DNA of 64,000 nucleotides from Camelus ferus. Lineage: Eukaryota. The translations under genes were made by a program, and so were the position numbers. Positions 26,371 to 38,480 of the stretch are shown here, piece after piece. The stretch is from NCBI RefSeq assembly GCF_009834535.1, contig NC_045697.1, forward strand, positions 112,036,001 to 112,100,000, given 5' to 3'. The notes under the pieces are model-generated. The model searched no databases. It saw only the letters and a list, made by a program, of their open reading frames with translations, and was not told the DNA's origin. Position 1 is the first letter of the stretch; every line of letters begins with the position of its first letter.

Positions 26371-27711
26371 GTATGCTTTTTCTCTTTTTGTGGCTTGATT
26401 CTCCTCTGTGATGGTAACTTAGATCAGATGCAGGAAAGCAACCCTCTCTGGAAAAAGAAGAATGCCTTTATTTATTCTAACTTGGGTTATCTGAAAGTCT
26501 GTCATATCTGAAGCATTAAAATATTTCATGCTTGACCACCCAAGAATGGCAACTGTTCAGCTGCACAGAAAATCTGTATGGAAAACCTTCTCCCTGTGGC
26601 TTTTATAAAGCACACACAGTGTAGTCAATATGAATACAGTTCAATATGATATTCATTTTATGTAATCAAATGAATAGTGCATTTATCCAGAGTGCTAATG
26701 TAAAAGCGTTATTATCAGCAAACAGAAGACTCTTATATCCATGCTATAATGTAATAATGTATGTGAAATCTCAATAATGGCCTTCTCTTTCGGGAAAGGG
26801 CAGTCATTAATTGAGTTGGTTTCCCATCAGAGAGTGGATAATGGTGTTTTCCAGTGGTGTTGATTTTAACATGAATACAAAATACTAATCTGTATTATTC
26901 TTACTGACATCTACAGTAGTAATAAGGGTATTAATTCAAGTTTCTTCTTCACTTTCCAGGTCTTTATACTTACAATTTAGTCATTTTGTTTCTGCTAAAA
27001 AGGAACAAGTGCAGACCTCAAAGGAAACAGATGTGAGTTAGACAACAGACAATGCCCCGGGGGAATTCACAGTTTTTTAAAGGAGACAGATGTGTCACCA
27101 GACAGTTGTAATGCAATGAGATAAGTGCTATGTCCACTTTTCACCTCACTTTTGCCCCTCAATCAACCTCTTCATCTTATTAAAATCTAAATCCAATACA
27201 TTTTTCTGTCTTAGTTGGTCCCTTGGGTACATTTCCCATTCCCACTCTCTCAAACTTGGCTTTTGGTTTCCATAACATCACTTAATCCTGTTTTCTTCCT
27301 ACCTTGATAACTACTACTATATACTCTTTTCTAAGGACTTTTGTCTGTCTTGTAGTGGCCTCCAGAGCTTACTTTTCTTTCACTTTGCACATTCACCATT
27401 ATTTCACTTATCATCTTTGAACTAATTATGAAATCTGAACAGCCAGAGTTGTGGAAGCACAGGATGATGGAAATGGCAGCCTAGGAGATGATGTAGAAGA
27501 GAGGAGGGAAGAAAACCTAAAAGCTAGAGCCAATGTGCTGTAGGGGGAAGAGAGAGTCTCACGTGGAGTCTGAGTTTTTGATTCAATTGACCCTATAATT
27601 TTAGGGTTAAAGATCCCAAAGATGTCTCATAATGTTGTCTCAGATACGCTTAGATACTAGCATTTTATCTGATAGAAACTAGCAATCTTTTTCTCAAAAA
27701 CTTTCTTTTAG

Positions 27712-29340
27712 AAGATAGTGGAGTAGGCCGTGTGCCTCCTTTCAGAGACACAGCGAAATTATAACTACTTACAAAGCAACTATCAGTGAGCAACCCAAGG
27801 ACTCACAGAAAACATCTAAATATATAAAGACAAACGATACAAAGAAGGGACCACAATAAGTCAGGTAGGAGGGGGGACATGCAGTGTAGTCAAGACCCAC
27901 ATCCCGGGAGGCAACCCACAAATGGAGGGTAGTCACAATTACAGTGGTTCCCCGCAAGGAGGGAGGGGTTCAAGTCCCACACGGGGCTCCACAGCCTGGA
28001 GATGCTGCCCCAGGAGTGTGAGCCCCAAGAATGCTTGGTTTCAAAGGCCAATGGGATTGCTCTCAGGAAAGCCAGAAGACGGTAGAAACAAACTCCACTC
28101 TGTTTTGTTTTGTTTTGTTTTGTTTTTTCACACAAAATCTCATATGCTCGGAGACCCAGGGCAGAAACAATAACTTAAAAAGAGCCTAGCAATACACAAA
28201 TTCAATGCAGTCCCTATCAAATTACCAATGACATTTTCCACAGAACTGGAACAAAAAATGTTAAACTTTGTATGGAAACACAAAAGACCATGAATAGCCA
28301 AAACATTCTCGATGAAAGGAAAACGGAGCTGGAAGAATCATTCTCCCTGGCTTCAGACTATACTACAAAGCCTAGTAATCAAAACAGTATGGCTACAAAA
28401 ACAGACACCTAGATCAATAAAACAGGATAGAAAGTTCAGAAGCAAACCTATGCACTTATGGTCAGTTAATTAATGACAAAGGAGGCAAGAATATACTATG
28501 AAGAAAAGACAGTCTCTTCAATAACTGGTGCTGGGAAAATTGGACAGCTACATGTAAGAGAATGAAATTAGAACATTTCCTCACACCATATACAAATATA
28601 AACTCAAAATGGATTAAAGACCTAAATGTAAGACTGGATACTCTAAAACTTACAGAGGAAAACACAGGCAGAACACTCTTTGACATAAATTGCAGCAATA
28701 TTTTTTGGATCCACCTCCTAGAGTAATGGAAAAAAAAAAAAAAACAAGTAAGACCTAATTCAACTTAAAAGCTTTTTCATAGCAAAGGAAACCATTGACA
28801 AAAGGAAAACACACCCTATGGAATGGGAGAAAATATTTGCAAACCATGTGACCAGTAAGCAATTAATTTCCAAAATATACAAACAGCACATACAGCTCAA
28901 TATTAAAAAAACCAAACAACCCAATCAAAAAATAAGCAGAAGACTTAAATAGAAATTTCTCCACAGAAGACATACAGATGACCAACAGGTACATGAAAAG
29001 ATGTTCAACATCACTGATTACTAGATAAATACAAATCAGAACTACCTTGAGGTATCACCTCACACCAGTCAGAATGGCCATCAGCAACAAGTTAACAAAT
29101 AATAATTGCTGGAGAGGATGTGGAGAAAAGGGAACCCTCCAACACTGTTAGTGGGAATTTAAATTGGTGCCGCCATTCTAGAGAACAGTATGGTGGTTCC
29201 TTAAAAAAACTAAAAATGGACTTACCATATGATCCAGCAATCCCACTCCTGGACATATATCCAGAAAAGACAAAAACTCTAGTTCAAAAAGATACATGCA
29301 CCCCCAATGTTTGTAGCAGAACTATGTACAATAGCCAAAT
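27712..29340 (+). mobile_element. L1 with the 5'UTR fused directly to distal ORF2 (probable spliced retrocopy)
   Basis: 5'UTR 27712-28189 is homologous to 48345-49258 and 57127-57470; at 28190 it jumps to caatacacaaattcaatgcagtccctatcaaattacc (the [13 protein letters not shown] region of ORF2). Confidence 0.85.
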
Positions 29341-29765
29341 TTTCCTCCATGAAAATGTTATCAATGAACACTTTCTCCAGCAATATATGAGGATTTTTAT
29401 GCTACTATTCACATGTTATCAATATTATCAGAGATTTTGATCTTTAATAAATTTTATTTCAAATCAATACAGGCTAAGAGTAAAAAATAAAAATGCTGAA
29501 ATAGTACAGAAGAATAGAGTGGTGATTGAAAGCACCCAAGTCTTTTGGATCCCTCATTTGCAACTTCCAAAGGTAGTTGTGTTTACCAGCATCATGCATA
29601 TATTTTCAGAAGCTTCCAGTACAGATAGAAGCATTATATATATATACATGTTCATACACAAGTGTAAACATAATAATACTTTACAACTTACTTTTTCACT
29701 TGATAATACAGCATAGATAATGGTCCAGTCAATAAATGTGATACTGCTTTATTATACATATTTTT

Positions 29766-30350
29766 AACACCTTTATTGTGGTATGATTCCTGTACAGTAA
29801 ACTACACATAATTCAGATGTATAATTTGATGAATTTTGATAGATTTATAGACCAATGAAACCACCACCACAATCAAGATAGCTAACATTTCCTTCACTCT
29901 CCAAGAGGTACAAATCTCAAATTCCTAATTTATCCCTTCCCACCCCGTTTACCCAGTGGTAACCATAGTTTGTTCTCTATGTCTGTGAGTCCATTTCTTT
30001 TTTGTAGAGAACTTTATCTGTGTCCTATTTTTTTAGACTCCAAATATAAGTGATATCATATGGTATTTTTTCTTTCTCTTTCTGACTTAACTTCACTTAA
30101 AATGACAATCTCCAGGTCCATCCATATTGCTGCAAATGGCATTATTTTATTCTTTTTTATGGCTGAGTAGTATTCCATTATGCATAAATATACCACGACT
30201 TCTTTATCCAGTCATCTGTCAATGGACAGTTAGGTTGTTTACATGTCTTGGCTATTGTAAATAGTGCTACTGTGAACACTGGGGTGCATGTGTCTTTTCG
30301 AATTCTATTTTCCTCTAGATATATGCCCACGAGTGGGGTCGCTGGATCAC
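29766..30350 (-). mobile_element. Hybrid L1: young camelid-type body joined to an older-type 3' tail
   Basis: 15-bp direct repeat ATTATACATATTTTT at 29751-29765 and 30351-30365; family switch near 29908. Confidence 0.75.
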
Positions 30351-30661
30351 ATTATACATATTTTTTAATGGCCACTCAGTAGAATAGATACCCTGGATTT
30401 TTAGCCTAGTTTGTACAGATTAAAGTTTAAAGTATTCTAAGGATTTTAATTGCAAATAAGGCTACAATGAACAGCTTTATATATGCATCTTATTTGTTAG
30501 TGCAAATACGTTTCTGACAGTCAAAAGATACGTGCAGCTTAGAATTTTGATAGTTCTTTCCAAGTTACCTGCTAGAAAGGTTGCGTGCTATTCTTCAAAT
30601 TAGCTCTTTAGCTTCTCTACCTACTGCTGTCCTTTATCATTATTACTTGTTTTGTTTGCAG

Positions 30662-30691
30662 AATCAGTGTTTGTTCAGCTGATGTGGAATG
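30662..30691 (+). CDS. Candidate 30-nt exon D
   Basis: ttacttgttttgtttgcag| and ATG|gtgtgt; phase 1-1 reading (K)SVFVQLMWN(G); the alternative phase 2-2 reading ISVCSADVE(W) is also open. Confidence 0.4.
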
Positions 30692-31708
30692 GTGTGTGTT
30701 CTAATGGGATGTGACACTGGGAAAATTAACCTTTCCACCACCATCGGAGATTCTCCACAATTCTGAGACTTGTACAGAATGCCATGTGCTGCAAACCAGT
30801 GCATTTCAGTTCTCTGGTGAGGCCTGCATTACAATTGGCCACCTGGGACGAAATGACAGTGCAACCCTTGTGCTACTGAGGTTAACAGAGAACTTGGTGA
30901 CTTAAAAAATTTTTGTACTCATAGGTCACTCTCCTACTGAAGCTGTTTCCTCTATGTGTCTTCAATTCTTCATTGTGACTCAGAGTTGCTATTACAGCAA
31001 ATGAGTTGTCATGAATTTTGCATTATGGTGATCACCCTTAAACATCTTTGTACACCACCTAAGCTCAGGAGACAGAATTATTTACATACATTTTCAATCT
31101 ATTTAAAAACAATATATACCTAGTCATTCAATGGCTCATTTATTCTGTGGTCTTGATAGAAAAACTGGGCAAATGTAATGCAATAGTTTGCTCATTGATT
31201 GCAAGGATACAACGGAAGGAACCATAAAATAAATTACTCCTCATAAAGATTTAAAGGTTGGCAGGCACCAAATCCACCAAAGTTGTTGTTGTTGTTTTGT
31301 TTTCCCTCCGGGTAGGAAAACTATTTATTGTGTGTCTGTACCTGATCTATCGTATCTGTCAAGTGACTGTCCTTCACTTACTTTGGGAAGTGTTTCCTTC
31401 CACCATTTTATAGGGAAGAGCTAGCTGGTAAAAGCACCCCACTTTGTAGTTTCTAGACTCATAGGCGCTGCTCATGATGACTTAACAGGACAGTTATTTC
31501 AGTACCAGGCTGGAGGATGGACAGTAGGAGCAATTATAAAATATAATCACCTTGTTATGCTGGAGATTAGGCAGAAAGAGAACAGAGGGCACCTGAAGGC
31601 ATTGTGTCTAGTGTTCATTTCAGGAAGAGGAATCTGGTAAGAACTAAAGGTTCAGGAAGGTCAAGATCAAATGAAGTGAGGCAGAGCAAGCTGTGGCTTG
31701 AGTCTAAG

Positions 31709-31890
31709 GCAGTGATTCCCACGGTGAGTGATCATAAAAGCATATGATGATGTTTGTTAAAAAGCAGATTCCGAGATCTCATTGGAGATTCCAATTGAGA
31801 AATCATGCATAGGGAGGGTGGGGGGAGAGGAGTGGCTAGGAATCTACTATTTAGCCAATGATCCTGCTGCAGATCGTCTGTGTCTCTGCC
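31709..31890. mobile_element. hAT-Charlie MITE (MER5-like)
   Basis: cagtgattccca...tgttaaaaagcagattcc...ggaatctactattta. Confidence 0.55.
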
Positions 31891-32137
31891 TGTTGAGATA
31901 GTCAGCATCTGGAGAGCTGCCTCAGTCTAGGGGGTCAGAGGTTTAACCAGAGCATCTCTGGCAAGCAGGGCTGTTGCACTCCAGTTCTAGGCGGGGGACA
32001 CTTCTTCCATCTGCTTTAATCTGAGCAGGAGATCTGAGTAATTCTTGCACATGAAACTGAGCTCTCGTGGAAAGAGAGCTACAAACTTGGGGATACCTCA
32101 GATCTTACACCAAAAGAAGATAAAATCAAATAAGTGC

Positions 32138-32610
32138 AGTCTTCCGTTTACAGTTTGACTTACGATTTTTCAACTTTATGATGTTGCGAAAGTGAGAGGC
32201 CTTCAGTAGGAATGGTACTTTGAATTTTGAGTTTTGGACTTTAGTCGTTTCCTGGGCTAGTGATCTGGGTAGGTCCTCTCCCATGATGCTGGCCAGCGAG
32301 CGGCAGTGAGCGCAGCGCCCAGGCAACCCTGCCATCATGAGGGTAGAGAGCCACTCTGTTTTTCACTCTCAGGGCAATATTCAATAAATTACATGAGATA
32401 TTCAACACTCCATTATAAAATAGGCCTCGTGTTGGATGATTGTGCCCAACTGTAGGCTAACGTAAGTGTTCTGAGCATATGTAAGGTCAGCGAGGCTAAA
32501 CTAGGATGTTCAGTATGTGAGACGTTTTCAAGGCATATTTGACTTACCTATATTCCACTGTCAATGGGAGGCTGGGGGTGTTACCCCTGGTAAGTGGAGG
32601 AAGATTTGTA
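32138..32610 (-). mobile_element. TcMar-Tigger derivative (MER47/Tigger5-like)
   Basis: gacttacgatttttcaactttatgatg...ttcaataaattacatgagatattcaacac...gcccaactgtaggctaacgtaagtgttctgagca matches the recalled MER47 consensus. Confidence 0.8.
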
Positions 32611-33339
32611 GTTTTATTTTAGTTGTGCTGGTTTCTTTTGACATTTGTGACTTGGATCAAGACCTAACGTTGGACAGCTGGTGTGGTGTTCACTTTTACT
32701 TAATTTTTCCTATTTTAGAAGTTCTTTTTGGCCTTAGGTCTAAATTTTCCCCACCCATGCCACTATTTGAACAGCTTCTGTGGGTCTTTTTTTTTTCCCT
32801 TCCATTCTCTTCCAAATGAAGTGTTTTCTCAATAGGAATAGACAACGATTTTAAATCAGACAACTCAGAGGACTACTAGTTTCCATGGATTTATGATTGA
32901 CTTTCATCAGAGGGTTCGACCTCAAGTTCTTTCAAAATCTGTGTGGGGAAGAGAGTGTGTGGAGGCAACAGGGGTGTGAATCAGATGGGGGTGGTAGAAA
33001 CTTCAAACTGACAAGCCTACCACCTGCCTAAAAACATTAAAAAAAATCAAAACAAAGCACCATGTTGTCAAAACAAAACAGGTCTTCAGAATAAATTCAG
33101 ATGCCGCCATTTTTCCATGCCCTTGACTTAAAGTCTCACACTGGTCGATTTGCAGCCACTGCCTCAGTGGTTTATGACATCAGGGCGACACTGCTTTAGT
33201 GACCCTACAGTAAAACATTGTGTGCACATCAGAACACAATATGCTGCAAGACAGACACGTTGGGCTACACTGGGAAGAGCAAGAGTAAGTGTGGAGTGGG
33301 GAGAAAGAGAATGCAAAAGGACCTACTACAACATGACCT

Positions 33340-33490
33340 TGAATACCCTACCACGCTCCTCTGAGCCTCTGTTTCATGTGCGAAATGGATGTCAATACCT
33401 CTTTCAGGAGATCGTCTCAAGGTTTAAATGAGATAATACTTGCAAAACTTTATTCAATGCTTGGTATGTAGTACGCATTAAATAAATAAT
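33340..33490 (+). mobile_element. MIR
   Basis: tgaccttga...ctctgagcctctgtttcat...ttaaatgagataatac...ttaaataaata. Confidence 0.7.
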
Positions 33491-34659
33491 ATATGGTGGA
33501 AATTACCGGGAGCATTCTGAAGAAGATGGGGCTTCTCTAGTGTTAATATTTGCACCTGGTGACAGGAAATGTGATGGAGAGATGCATTCCCTTTCCTCTT
33601 TCAGCCCCAAGGGTATTGACTGGTCCCTTGTCCACGGCTAAGTGCAAACGTCCAACAGAGATTGCTCACAGCTGAGAACTACATCCTGAAGCTACTAAAT
33701 TAAAGGCACATTCTTATTGTTTTTTTTTTTCCTTCCTTTTCCCCCTCTTTCCTCACTTCTTGCCTCCAGTCATGGTAACTACTTCTCCTGAGTTTTCTAA
33801 ATGACAATCCCACCCAAGGTTATGGAGTGAACCGATGCTCTGGGTCTGAGAACAAGGAGGTGGAATGAGAGGGTCCCTTTAAGATGGTCAAAAGTGGACT
33901 TCAGGATGGGTTCGGCTGGGCACCTTAGACCCTCCAGTACGCCTCACAGAAGGACTGACACCAGACTCCTCTGAGATGGAGCTGAGTTTCTTAGCAGTTG
34001 AGTTCCTTAGCCTTAGAAGGTCCCTGCAGCAGTCCTGGGACAGCTGTGTATTCAAAGGAGGGGTGGCCAGGTCCATCCCTTGTCCCCCATTGTGCCATTC
34101 CCTCTCTCCCACACATGAGCTCTGTAAAAGGAAGGTCACCAGCGAGAAGGTGAAGAGAGCTGTGGCAAAGCGACAGTTACTGCATTGTGGTAGGGGTATC
34201 TGCACTTGATTATCTTTCGGAGATAAAGTTTTCAATCGTAAGTGAGGGGAAATTTGTTGGATTTGATTGAACATACCGCAACAGGTAGAATCAGGTTTTT
34301 GGTCTGAGTAGGGATGGGAGGTGGACTGAGACCAGCAGTTTTTAAAACATAGCAAGCTTCAAGGAGCACATATCTGATGTCGTACTGTTCAGTTCTTACA
34401 TGCTCTCTGAGCCATTTTCTCTGCTCTGTTTTTGTGTGTTTACCCTAATCTGCTCACTCTGTATTATCCCAATACCCTCCCGAGTGGCTGCGTGCAACTT
34501 ACAATCAGAGAGTACCAGCGTGTGAACAGCATTCATTTCTGCTCAGTACTGCTTAATTTCTCTGATGATCACATTGACAACCTTGCCCTCATTACAGAGG
34601 ACTCAGAAATACTGTCTGAATACCTAATGGGAGCCGAGTAGAGGACTATGCTCACTTTT

Positions 34660-35165
34660 GCTTTTCTTCATTCTCAGGTGAGATTTACTGAGAGCCTACT
34701 TTTTGCCGGATACTCTTCCAGGTGCGGGAAGTGCACCATTGAACAAAACAACGGCCTCATTTTTATCAGTTTACATCCCAGCAGAGGAAGGCAGACCAAA
34801 AAAAAAAAAAAAAAAAATCAATAGCTATATTCTAGGTCTAAAATGCAGAAAAAAGAAACAGAGCGGGTAGGCTGAGACAAACAGCCGGGAGCTGTGTGGG
34901 TCTGGGATAGCCACCCCCACGTCCGGGGCTGAGGTGAGAGTTTTACGATGGCCTTGAGGCATGTGTGAGGGACAGCAAGGGGACCTCCGTGGCTGGACCT
35001 AAAGAAGCTGGAGGCAGTGGAAGTAGATGACATCAGAGAGGACCTCAGGGGCCGGGTCACGACTAGTTTTTGCAGGTTCTGGTCAGCATTTTGGATTTTA
35101 TTATACCAAGACGGAAAAACACTGTAAGGCTTGAATACAGAACTGATATTTTAAAAAGATCATTG
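34660..35165 (-). mobile_element. LINE-2 3' portion
   Basis: atttactgagagcctacttttt gcc...gaacaaaaca...ttttggattttatt. Confidence 0.6.
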
Positions 35166-35469
35166 CTCCTGTGGGGGCGGGGAGAAGGTTGATGGTGCTA
35201 ACCGGGTCGCGATGATCACCTTACAGTCTTGTCTGCAGACACAGGGATGACTCATAAAATCAGTCCACAGACTATGTTTTGTATTTTTAAGGCAAAGTGA
35301 GCACCACACTTGCTGCTCTGTGGTGTGATATTATGCCTTCTATGATGCCATGATTGAAGGATTTTTTTTCCTCCAAGGGGATCTTTAGTTTAAGTTCGTA
35401 AAATATTCTGTCCTGCTGTCAAAGTTGTGGTGATACTGAAATCTGAACCTGTTCTGTTCTGCTCCTTTC

Positions 35470-35722
35470 ATTTTTTTTTAATTGAAGTATAGTCAGTTTC
35501 AATGTGTCAATTTCTGATGTACAGCACAATGTCCCAGTCATGCATATACATACATATATTCATTTCCATATTCTTTCTCATTAAAGGTTATTACAAGATA
35601 TTGACTATAGCTCCCTGTGCTGTACAGAAGAAGTTTATTTTTTAATCTATTTTTATATATAGTGGTTAACATTTGCAAATCTCAAACTCCCAAATGTATT
35701 CCTTTCCACCTCTTTCCCCCAG
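35470..35722 (-). mobile_element. 5'-truncated young L1 3'UTR
   Basis: ttttttaattgaagtatagtcagtt...ctccctgtgctgtacag. Confidence 0.9.
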
Positions 35723-37234
35723 CTCATTCTTTACATCTCATAAATGCCTTATCAGACCTCGGTCTGTTTCCTAGGGTTGAAAAGTGGTGGTAAGTATCTT
35801 AGCCTGATAGGTTCTAATTTACGGTACCACGACTTAAACTTGCATGTATGAAAGCTGAGACTTTTTCAAGTTTTATTAAGAAGTTTTGGATAATGTCAAA
35901 AATGAGCAGTCCAGCTGGTTTCCACAGAATTACAAATTGAAGCACCCCAGAGATGAGCAAAATCAGACAGTTCAGAAAAAAGGAAATAAAAGTGAAAAGA
36001 AACAATTTTTAACAAGTTATAAATATTCAGTTATGGCCAAGAGACAGTTGGGGTCAAAGGTAAAGGGACAGGTGTGAACCAGGCAGGGACTCCCAGGAGA
36101 CCAGTGAGATAGCACCACCTTTAGACCAGCTTTGAAATATCTTGGTGATTCTCATTAAAAGTTCTTTATTTTTAGAACAAGCTGAAATGTTACTGGACTA
36201 TCATGAAATGGCTAAAAGTAGGATAATATATTCACTGCGGAAGTTAGGAAGGCCTTAGGGAAAGAGAATATGACATTTTCCCTCACAGCTGAGTTTCCTG
36301 GTGAATTAGGCTCTAAATGTCCATGAGAAATTATTACTGAAAAATGAGATCACACCCAAATACTAAATAGAATATATTGTCACTGAAGACAAACTTGCAT
36401 ATTTTATTCTTCCCTATAAAACAATAAATTATGCCACTTTTGTCAGTAATGGACTATTAGTGAGCCAAAATTTAATTAAAAATGAAGAAATTAAGTCAAT
36501 TTATTCTATGAGGGGAATAATAAACGAGAAATATGACCTTTCCAACTTAAAGAAGTAAAAAGTTTTGTTATTCTGATTGACGTCTTTTTAGGAGATGCAC
36601 AACTTTTGATAATTTATACCATTGTTACATCATTTTTGACCCTTCCAATCAATGTGAAAATATCTCACAATTAATAATTATAAATATATTTCTTCCAAAT
36701 ACAACTACATATCTTAGTTTCCACATATTATTTTATTTAAAAAATATGAAAGTCTATCTATAGTGACTTGTCTCTTTTGCCCTCCAGGGTGATGTAGTGA
36801 TTCCAATTCCCAGATAACCGGGCTGTTAGAGTTAAATGGAGAGAAATCCTCTGTGCAAACCATGTAGATGGACACCCAGGAAATGGATGGCCACGGGTGG
36901 CTGGTTTAATCTCTTTAATTATAATTTTCTTCATCTGCAGAAAGGCAGTTACAGGAAAAGTAAATGAAATATTATGTGTAAACATGTAGGGCAGTAGAAG
37001 CTCCATAAATTTTGGGTTCTCTGTCTGTGCTGTCGAGTCAGTTGATAGATATCATGATGGTAGTTACAAATGACATAGAAGTGGCTCCAGAGTGGTAAAT
37101 TCATGGATTTAAGGGGACAAGGAATTGAATTGTCATTCCTTGAACTGTAATCTTACAGTTAACATGATATATTTTCCACCTCCAAGCACAGGCAGTTTTG
37201 GAGATTTTGGAGTAAATGGCTTGTTTTGGTCTGT

Positions 37235-37280
37235 CTTTCTTTCTTCATTCTCCTTCCTTCCTTCCTTCCTTTCTTCTTCT

Positions 37281-37329
<49 letters not shown>

Positions 37330-37350
37330 TTTTTCTTTCTCTTTCTTTCT
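37235..37350. repeat. (TTCC)n/(TTTC)n microsatellite
   Basis: Directly visible. Confidence 0.95.
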
Positions 37351-37469
37351 AGTTATTAAGTGAGAAAATTGGCTAATTAATTTTTAGCTGTGAAACCATG
37401 AATTATATAGAAGCATGTTTTTTAAGTTTCAAAATTTAGAAATGGAGTAGTTACTTCAAGGAATCAATA

Positions 37470-38480
37470 TCAATTACTGAGAAGGCTGTATTAAAATCTG
37501 CCCTGGTATTATATTTGTCGGTTTCTTCTTGAGATTCAGTCTCTTTATTTTTTTGCTTTATGTATTTTGAAACTATGTTATTGGTGTGCATAAAAAATAT
37601 ATACATTTGATCAGTTTGAAGTTATTGCTGTCTATTTCTATTTATCCTACATTTTCTGTGTTTGTTTTTCTTTCTTGCCTTTTCTTGGATAAAATTTTAT
37701 TTTTTTAGATTTTGGGTTTGTTCCATTTTCTCCCGGTTTGAAAATTATATTGTTTTGGAAACTCTGTTATGCTAAAAAATTAAATGTGCATATTACATAC
37801 AACTAAGTTTATGTCTAATAACTTTATTCTCTTCCCAAACCAAACAAGGACTTTCTAAATGCTCTAACATCAACTGATACTTCATACAGTCATCATTTAT
37901 TTAGACTTCACTATGTTTACCATTTTCTTTGTTCATTTGTCTTTTTTTGGGGGGGGTACATTTTACTTATTCCTTCTGGGGTTTTTTAAAAATCCTAAAA
38001 CATTCCTTAAAAGCTTAGTGGAGATTTTTAAATTATAAGCTCTCATTTGTTTGGTCTGAAAAGACATGATTTATTCTTTTTTTGAAAGGTAGCTTTGCTG
38101 TTTACAGACTTCTAGATGGTGAGTTGTTACTATCAACATTTTGAAAATACAATTCCACTGTTTTCTAGATTGTATTGTTTTTATTGAGAAATCAGATGTC
38201 AGTCTGATACTTCTTTCTTTGTAAGTAATTTTTCTTTTTTCTTGAGTTGACTTTAAGATCCTTTTTGTCTCTTTGTTTCTCTTTTTCTACGTTCTTTGTC
38301 ATGTTTCTTAGCTATGCTATGAAATGATGTTAAAAAAAGAAATTCTGCTAAATGTTCACGTGGTTTTTCGAATCTGTGTCTTGGAGTGTTGAATCGGTTC
38401 TGGATATTTTTCAATTGTTATCTCTCCAAATATTTTCTCTGCTCTCTTCTATCTCTTCTCCTTATGAAGCGCCAATTCAA
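37470..38480 (-). mobile_element. Very old L1 (L1ME-like) 5'/internal fragment
   Basis: tttgctttatgtattttgaaactatgttattgg; ttgagaaatcagatgtcagtctga. Confidence 0.55.

Noticed and set aside
26337..30691. In-frame TGA codons in an alternative frame of exons C and D read as selenocysteine
   Set aside because: No convincing SECIS element downstream and no resemblance to known selenoproteins.
33888..34355. 155-aa ORF (similarly 10701-11159 and 46359-46820)
   Set aside because: No recognisable domain or splice context; consistent with chance ORFs.
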